Shown one piece after another: positions 54,290 to 60,027 of a DNA stretch of 60,027 nucleotides (position 1 is its first letter; every line of letters starts with the position of its first letter). The stretch spans positions 1 through 60,027 of the IMG/VR virus record IMGVR_UViG_3300032315_000413; one strand, 5' to 3'. The position numbers and the translations under genes were made by a program. The notes under the pieces are model-generated. The model saw only the letters and a program-made list of their open reading frames with translations. It did not search any database and had not been told where the DNA came from. Source of the DNA: a virus. Its lineage: Duplodnaviria; Caudoviricetes.

Positions 54290-55144
54290 TTACCCCCACA
54301 CAAAGGTTGCGTCGCCGAAGATCGGGATAGCGGCGACCGATCCGTTGGGACATGCGATAAAGTTCAAGTAGGCACCATCTACGATCTGCGGCATCGACGG
54401 CGTCTCGATAAAGAAATCGCGTTCCGTCACGGCATCGATGCCGCGCACCGCGAATGTCGCCAGCGGCTTGACTAGCACGAGCGCGCACAGACCGCCGCCG
54501 CCTGCGAAGAACGTGATGTTGGTGATCGACTGAATGCCCGTGTCGCCTCTCTGAAGAGCTACAAACGGGCCTCGCGACAGCGCCGTATTGCCTAGCACCG
54601 AGGAATATGCGTTTACGGCAGTGTTGATGCCTTGGATTGGCGTCACGGCGGCATTGCCAGATTGATTGATGTAGTTGATCTCGAACGTCTGGCCGCCAGC
54701 ATACGTCGTGTGGCTGATCATCATCAATTGCAGGCCCGCACCATTCGTGTAGCGCGGCAACGGGACAGAGTTCACCATTGTCTGCGTGTCGGTGCTGTCC
54801 ATATCGACAAACGGGTAGTAAAGGACATAGTCGCACAGCGTGACCGTCATCGGCAGTGGCGTAGCCGTCTGCACCGACATCGTTAAGCGCGACAAATATT
54901 TCTTGTACGGCGACACGGCACCGCCGTGATAGAGGCCCTCGTTGAACGGCAGAGTCGCCGATACCAGCGGCGTCGAGGCGTAGTAGTTCGGCACGGGATT
55001 GCCGGTGCCGGAGTTAATCGAGAGATCTACCCAGACATTGGCAATGGTTGCCTGCGACGGCGTCTTGCGGAACGTCGAGTATTGCTCCGCGCCGTTGTAG
55101 GCCTGCGCGTCCGTCCGCGCGCCCCATGTGACGAAACCACCCAT
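54290..55144 (-). CDS. Beta-rich virion protein (paralogue of 53405-54286)
   Basis: LPRY.NG.G, YINQSG, GPFVALQRGD.GIQSI and LVLVKPL motifs; ends WG. Confidence 0.75.
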   Translation of the reverse strand: MGGFVTWGARTDAQAYNGAEQYSTFRKTPSQATIANVWVDLSINSGTGNPVPNYYASTPLVSATLPFNEGLYHGGAVSPYKKYLSRLTMSVQTATPLPMTVTLCDYVLYYPFVDMDSTDTQTMVNSVPLPRYTNGAGLQLMMISHTTYAGGQTFEINYINQSGNAAVTPIQGINTAVNAYSSVLGNTALSRGPFVALQRGDTGIQSITNITFFAGGGGLCALVLVKPLATFAVRGIDAVTERDFFIETPSMPQIVDGAYLNFIACPNGSVAAIPIFGDATFVWG

Positions 55145-55338
55145 TACAGCCGTTTCTCCGCGCGCTCGGCGTCCGACATCTCAGCGATGCGCGCCAGCCC
55201 GTAGGCCGTCGCCGTCATAATCGCCGCCACCGGCTCGCGGCACGCGGCACCATCTCCATTCGGACACGCGCGGATGATGCCGTCATCCGTCAGGATGACC
55301 GCGCGCTTGCACTTTTGGCAGTGATGCGTCTTGCTCAT
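55144..55338 (-). CDS. Small Cys-rich protein
   Basis: CQKC...RAC...C and A.M.ATAYG; coupled to the next gene. Confidence 0.65.
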   Translation of the reverse strand: MSKTHHCQKCKRAVILTDDGIIRACPNGDGAACREPVAAIMTATAYGLARIAEMSDAERAEKRL

Positions 55339-55340
55339 CG

Positions 55341-55775
55341 TCAGACCTCAGTGACCGTCAAACCGCTGATATTGAATTGCGGCTGAATGAGGTCCGCGAT
55401 CGCGAGGCCTGCACCGTTGAGCGAGCCTTGGTAGTACATCGTGCCGGAGCCGGTTGAGGCCGACCCTATGCCGACATGCGTGGCCGTGACGCCCGCACCG
55501 GAGCAGGTGCCAAACTGCGCCAGTGCGGCGTTGCTCGTGGCGCCAGCCGAGGGCGTCACCCAGCCGCCCGTCGTTCGCAGCACTGCGAGGCGCGCATAGC
55601 CGGTGTAGCTGATCTCGTTGGTGCTTTGAGAACCGCCCGTTCACGGCGTCGCCGAGTGCAGCGACAAATACAGGTTCGTGAGCGGCGCTGCGGCGTTCTG
55701 CGCGAGGCTCGTCATGCTCGTCGCATTGAACACAAGGCCGAGATACTGGTTGCAGAGTGCTGTGGACTTGGGCAT
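55341..55775 (-). pseudogene. Fibre-associated structural gene interrupted by one in-frame TGA (codon 45, 55641-55643)
   Basis: One frame reads MPKSTALCNQYLGLVFNAT...LYLSLHSATP*TGGSQSTNEISYTGYARLAVLRTTGGW...LTVTEV. The ATG overlaps the portal stop. Confidence 0.75.
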
Positions 55776-58573
55776 TACCTTTCTCCTTCATGGATTTCGC
55801 CGGATTCGATGTTCCCATCTTCTCCGCGTTTGAACTTGACCGTGCGCTGGCGCGGTTTGGCTGCTGTTTCGGCGACAGTCTTCGCGATGTCGGTCGCAAG
55901 ACGCTCGCGGTCTTGGGCCGTGCGCTCTTGGTCGATCATCATCTGCTGACCGGCGACGAGTTCCTCAAGCCGCTGCTTGGAGAACGCGAGTTCGGACTGC
56001 AGGGCTTCGATGCGCTGCTGGAACAGCATGTCGGCGTTTGCCATCTGCTGCTCGAACAGACGCTGGCGCTCGTCGGATTGCAGCTTCTGTTGTTCGAGGC
56101 CCATGGCGCGCTCTTCGTTCGAGAGCTTGATCTGAACCTCGAGCCACTCGCGCTCGGACTTCTTCTGCTCCTGCATTTCCTCGCGCATCTGACGCTGGGA
56201 CTCGAGGTCCATTGCCATCTTGTCAAGCAGCAGTTGTTTTTCCTTGATCGCGTTGTCGGCAGCGGCTTTCTGCATCGTGATCTGGCCGTCCATCTGCGCG
56301 ATCTTGAGGTCGTTCTGCGCCGCAGCCGCGTCAGCCTGCGCTTTCTGAGCCTTAGCCTGCGCGTCCGCTTGGACCTTCTGCATCTCAAGGCGCATCGGAT
56401 CTTGCGGCATGTTCTGCTGCAGCATCTGGCTCATCTGCTGCAAGATCGGCATCGCCTTCATGACGACTTCGTTGGCGGCGAGCGTCTGCTCGACGCGCAC
56501 CGAGGCGAGCGCCTCGATCTGGTCGTCGGTCATGTTGAACGGGGGCGCAGCGGGATTGGTCGCGTGTGCCATCTGCATCTGCGCCTTGATGACCGGGATC
56601 ATCTGATTGACGCCCTTCGTGTAGATCGCCGACAGATGCTTGAACAGGTGCGGCACCAGTGCAGGCGTCGCTTTCATCGCGACGAGCGGGTTGCCGCCAA
56701 GCATCGGCGACTGGAAGAACTGAATGTGCGCCATGATGTGCGCGATGTCGTCTTGGTCGGGGTAGACTTCGACTTTGTCGTTGCCGACCATCATCGCGAC
56801 GTTCTCGGCTGCTGCCGTGCGGCGCTCCGGCTCGGGCGGGATGTTTAGGTATTTCTCGGCGTTCGGCATCCGCAGGACGTCCTGCACGAACGCGCGCTCG
56901 ATCTCGTCGAGCTTGTAGAGCTGCGGCACGAGCGCCGCACGCTGCTGGAGTGCCGTAAACTGCGCGAGCCGCTGCTGCTCGCTGTAGATGGTCGGGTTGG
57001 CGACCGGGATAATGTCGATCTCGCCTTGGAAGTCGCTCGGCTCGACGAACTTCTCGTCGCCAAGCTCGGGCAGGTTCATCTCAGGCAGATAGTCGCGATT
57101 GATCTCGTGCAGGCGCTTTAGCACGCGGTTCATGGACGTGTACTGGCGCATGAAGATCGAACTGAAGACCACGAGGCCTTGCTCGACACGACTGAGCTGC
57201 GTGCCGACCGGCGTGTTCTGGTTGGTGTCCATCGCCTCGTTGTCGAGGCTCGTGCGGACCACACCCTTGGCCGCTGTCGTCAGGAAGCCGAGCAATTGAA
57301 ACAGGACCGGCGACGGCGGGTTGAACGGGATCGGCATCATCGTCTTGCGAATGTCTTGGTCGGGCGAGAGTTGCCCGTCAACCTCGATCACCTCGGTCGG
57401 CTGCATCGTCAGAGATTCGCCGCCGCGACTGCCGCCCTTGAGCTTCAACAGCGTCGGCATGTTGTTGATCAAGGCGCTGTCGAGGAGTGCGCGCATGGCA
57501 CCCGTGATGGCCCCCGCAAGGCCTCCCGCGATGTGCGGAATGCCGATGCCGTAAGACCCGCGCCAGCGGATGAAGTCGAACTCGAACAGGTGGTCGATGG
57601 GTTGGCAATGCTCGTCGTCCTCTTGGTAGTTGCGATAGATCGCCAACAGTCGCATCGTCGCCTTGTCGATGACGATCAGGTACGGACACGGCTTGTCGTC
57701 TTCCTCGAGTGCGATGGTCGTGTAGCACTCGTAGATGTCGCGCAGGCCGTCCTCGTTGTACTGCGTGGATTCTTTGCCCTCGATCTTGCGGTTGGCCGTC
57801 TCGGCGGCTGTCGCCTCCGGCTCTTGCGTTTCGGGGATCAGGTCAAGATCGCGATAGATGCCCGCATCGACGCGGCGCTCGAACTCGAACTGCGTCAAGT
57901 GCAGCACGCGCGTCTTGCGGTGGGCCGAATAGAAACCGCTTGCCGCGAAGGGCAGCAGCACATCGTCGATCGGCACGAACTCAGGGACGGGACGGCCCAT
58001 CTCTCGGTCGAAGTAGATGCTAAAGTACTGCGAGCCGCCGAGCGGGACTTGCGTCTCCATCTGCTCAAACTCGGAGCGGAACTCCGGCATCTGCTCGGTG
58101 ATCTGCCAGTTCATAAAGCGCGACTTGCGTTTGGCCTTCTGGACCTTGTCGTCGGTCGCTTCGCCGAGGATCTTGTCTTTGACCGGCCCGTCGAACGGCA
58201 TCATCTCCTTCATGATGCGCGCACTGAAGTCGATGCACGCCTCAGTGATGATCGGATGCACCGCCTTCGATGCGCCGTTGAACTGCGCGCCACCGGGGGC
58301 GTCGTCGCCCAAGCCGGTGCGACGCAGGCCTTCCTCGTACTGCTCGACGCGCTTCTTGCGCGCCTCGGCGTCCCGCTCAATCTTCTGAATGAGATCCGTC
58401 GCCAGCGTCGATAGCTCGACCTCCGGCATGCTCTCGGCTAGGTTCGCGTAGAAGCCCTCGTCGCGCTCTGGGGCGTCCCCCAGCACGACCAGCGCCCCGC
58501 CATCCGGCGTGTCTTGCACGTCGTCAGGCGGGGCTTCGATCTCGATGAACTCTTCGTTTGAGGGGTCGCTCAC
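55775..58573 (-). CDS. Portal protein with long C-terminal coiled-coil barrel
   Basis: FYANLAE, HPIITEACIDF.AR, FMNWQITE.MPE, GSYGIG..H..GGL, PVGT....EQG..VFS motifs; Gln-rich tail. Confidence 0.9.
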   Translation of the reverse strand: MSDPSNEEFIEIEAPPDDVQDTPDGGALVVLGDAPERDEGFYANLAESMPEVELSTLATDLIQKIERDAEARKKRVEQYEEGLRRTGLGDDAPGGAQFNGASKAVHPIITEACIDFSARIMKEMMPFDGPVKDKILGEATDDKVQKAKRKSRFMNWQITEQMPEFRSEFEQMETQVPLGGSQYFSIYFDREMGRPVPEFVPIDDVLLPFAASGFYSAHRKTRVLHLTQFEFERRVDAGIYRDLDLIPETQEPEATAAETANRKIEGKESTQYNEDGLRDIYECYTTIALEEDDKPCPYLIVIDKATMRLLAIYRNYQEDDEHCQPIDHLFEFDFIRWRGSYGIGIPHIAGGLAGAITGAMRALLDSALINNMPTLLKLKGGSRGGESLTMQPTEVIEVDGQLSPDQDIRKTMMPIPFNPPSPVLFQLLGFLTTAAKGVVRTSLDNEAMDTNQNTPVGTQLSRVEQGLVVFSSIFMRQYTSMNRVLKRLHEINRDYLPEMNLPELGDEKFVEPSDFQGEIDIIPVANPTIYSEQQRLAQFTALQQRAALVPQLYKLDEIERAFVQDVLRMPNAEKYLNIPPEPERRTAAAENVAMMVGNDKVEVYPDQDDIAHIMAHIQFFQSPMLGGNPLVAMKATPALVPHLFKHLSAIYTKGVNQMIPVIKAQMQMAHATNPAAPPFNMTDDQIEALASVRVEQTLAANEVVMKAMPILQQMSQMLQQNMPQDPMRLEMQKVQADAQAKAQKAQADAAAAQNDLKIAQMDGQITMQKAAADNAIKEKQLLLDKMAMDLESQRQMREEMQEQKKSEREWLEVQIKLSNEERAMGLEQQKLQSDERQRLFEQQMANADMLFQQRIEALQSELAFSKQRLEELVAGQQMMIDQERTAQDRERLATDIAKTVAETAAKPRQRTVKFKRGEDGNIESGEIHEGER

Positions 58574-58809
58574 GTGACGGCCTCATAGAAATCATGGAAC
58601 AACGAGTTCGCGATGACGCGCACGGGGTAGCCATCCTCCAGCACAATCCAATCACCTGCCTCGACAACGTCGCGGTTCTTGAGCAGCAGACGCCCGTCGT
58701 TCAGCACCAGCTCGATCTGGCTCACGACCCAGCCGGGGTATGCCTCCGGCGGCGGGTTCGTCCACTGCAGGGCATCGATCGTGGCGCGCTTGCGGCGATA
58801 CTGGGTCAT
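58570..58809 (-). CDS. Conserved small phage protein (YRKK...A.QW / GDWI family)
   Basis: YRRKRATIDALQW...AGDWIV...F..FYE. Confidence 0.7.
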   Translation of the reverse strand: MTQYRRKRATIDALQWTNPPPEAYPGWVVSQIELVLNDGRLLLKNRDVVEAGDWIVLEDGYPVRVIANSLFHDFYEAVT

Positions 58810-59288
58810 GTTCTCGGCTCATATTGACGGAGGGAGGGGATACCCAATTCATCTTCGCGGCGCTCGCGCTCGGTGTCAGGCAAAAGCGCCATGTGGTAAA
58901 CCTCGTCGGATTGTTTCTGCTTCTTGAGTGTGGACTTGCCCACAAGATACGCCACGAGCTGCGCGCTGCTCATCGTGTGCAAGCGCCAACGGACGATCGC
59001 GTTGCCATATTCCGGCATGATCTCTTCCGGCATTACACGCCACACGACGACGTCGTGGTCACGCGGCTGCTGACTGATCCACTCTACCGTCGCCATGTTG
59101 ACGTCGGCGCGCGAGATCGGCGTGGTGAACTCGCCAATGCCCTTGCCCTGCGGGACGGCGACACCTTGAACGAACGCGATATACGGAATGCCAAACTGTG
59201 AAATATGTTTGGCGTCGCCAATGATCTGGATCGGGAAGTTGGCCGCGATCAAGTCGCGGATAAGTTCGGTAGTGGGTTGTGGGGTCAT
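58806..59288 (-). CDS. Hypothetical protein
   Basis: ATGA overlaps on both sides. Confidence 0.65.
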   Translation of the reverse strand: MTPQPTTELIRDLIAANFPIQIIGDAKHISQFGIPYIAFVQGVAVPQGKGIGEFTTPISRADVNMATVEWISQQPRDHDVVVWRVMPEEIMPEYGNAIVRWRLHTMSSAQLVAYLVGKSTLKKQKQSDEVYHMALLPDTERERREDELGIPSLRQYEPRT

Positions 59289-59467
59289 TGCAGCCTCGCA
59301 TAGTTGATGAGCATGGCATCGGGAATGTACGTCGCGTAGCGCGGCTCGTCGTCGAAACGCAACGAATACTCGCGCACTGTGTAGCCGAGCAGCTTCACCA
59401 TCTCGCTATCCAGCACCGTGCCGCAGCGTCCGTCAGGCAGCGTCACCTTGTCGCCGAGGTACATCAT
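59285..59467 (-). CDS. Small SH3/KOW-like hypothetical protein
   Basis: LGDKVTLPDGRCGTV; ATGA overlaps. Confidence 0.6.
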   Translation of the reverse strand: MMYLGDKVTLPDGRCGTVLDSEMVKLLGYTVREYSLRFDDEPRYATYIPDAMLINYARLQ

Positions 59468-60027
59468 GCGAGGAGCGCCTCGATGCGCGCGAGGGTGTCG
59501 GTCGGGGCGGTTTTGTTTACCTTTCCACCCCGCTTATACTTGCGAAGAATGTCGATGAGCTTGTCGTCAAACACGACGTAGTTGCTTGTTCCGGCGCCCG
59601 CGCGGCGCGAGCCTTGGTCGAGATAGCGGATGCCGGGGATGCCCCGCTCTGCCAAATCGCGGCGCGCGAGTTCTGTAGGCTTTGCAAAAAGCGCGTTTTC
59701 GCCAAACTTTGTTTTTAGCGCGTCCCGGTTCGCTTCTATTGACCGCGTGAGCGAATTATAAAGCCCGCCGCCTGTCATGTTTTCGTTTCGGGACGCAAGA
59801 AACGCATTCTTTGCCATATTTCTGTCGGCGGCATTCAATGCGCCACTACCTTGCATTCCCAATTCCGCGACGCGATCCCGCAAGGGGCTATCCATTGGAA
59901 CGGGATTATCCCAATCCAGAAACCGCGCAGGGTCCGCGTTGATGTTCACCTCGTACATGCGGCCTGTTTTAGGAACCGTTGTAAAATTCGCAAGCGGCGA
60001 TCCGCTTTTTACCAAGTCAAGCGTTCG
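59464..60027 (-). CDS. C-terminal part of the origin-spanning polyvalent ART-like protein
   Basis: GRMYEVNI...FLDWD and GIPGIRYLDQGSR...TSNYVVFDD..IDIL; in frame with 1-2301. Confidence 0.85.
   Translation of the reverse strand, partial: RTLDLVKSGSPLANFTTVPKTGRMYEVNINADPARFLDWDNPVPMDSPLRDRVAELGMQGSGALNAADRNMAKNAFLASRNENMTGGGLYNSLTRSIEANRDALKTKFGENALFAKPTELARRDLAERGIPGIRYLDQGSRRAGAGTSNYVVFDDKLIDILRKYKRGGKVNKTAPTDTLARIEALLA
59905..60027. repeat. Terminal direct repeat (circular assembly overlap), copy 2
   Basis: Identical to bases 1-123. Confidence 0.97.

Noticed and set aside
55641-55643. Alternative genetic code (TGA=Gly/Trp)
   Set aside because: TGA is the evident stop of many genes with ATGA/GTGA coupling, and only one internal TGA was noticed.
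1-60027. Integrase, tRNA genes, family A/B DNA polymerase, tape measure protein, reverse transcriptase
   Set aside because: No supporting motifs were recognised by eye. Absence should be confirmed with HMM searches and tRNAscan-SE.

Overview
The window is a complete, circularly permuted dsDNA tailed-phage genome of about 59,904 bp; bases 1-123 repeat exactly at 59905-60027. The host is probably an alphaproteobacterium, since a GcrA-like gene is present. Morphology is probably podovirus-like: portal, MCP, adaptor, nozzle and large internal proteins are present, but no tape measure or major tail gene was recognised. Late genes run on the minus strand from about 4128 across the origin down to 26533. 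They are terS, terL, a 913-aa polyvalent protein with two ART-like domains (missed by the ORF track because it crosses the origin), portal, an inserted beta-rich cassette, GroES-like protein, scaffold, MCP, adaptor, glycosyltransferase, fibres, nozzle, ejection proteins, metallophosphoesterase and lysis genes. Early and replication genes lie at 4.6-26.5 kb: SNF2 helicase plus N6/N4 MTase, PrimPol-helicase, C5 MTase with a nested alternative-frame ORF, RusA, Sak4, DUF669 SSB, Cas4-like nuclease, DEAH helicase, GcrA and a glycosyltransferase. The standout locus is 5795-6823. There a stand-alone RAMP/Cas7-like gene is flanked by three non-coding arrays of strictly phased 5-nt (G)GC-NN units, each ending in GGCAA units, and at least two are followed by a clear hairpin. 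This is a candidate RNA-guided system with a non-contiguous dinucleotide code. A second genome-wide signal is a recurring [FYML]-x-x-G-G peptide motif at apparent domain boundaries of four putative virion-internal proteins. All calls come from motif recognition by eye; no searches were run.
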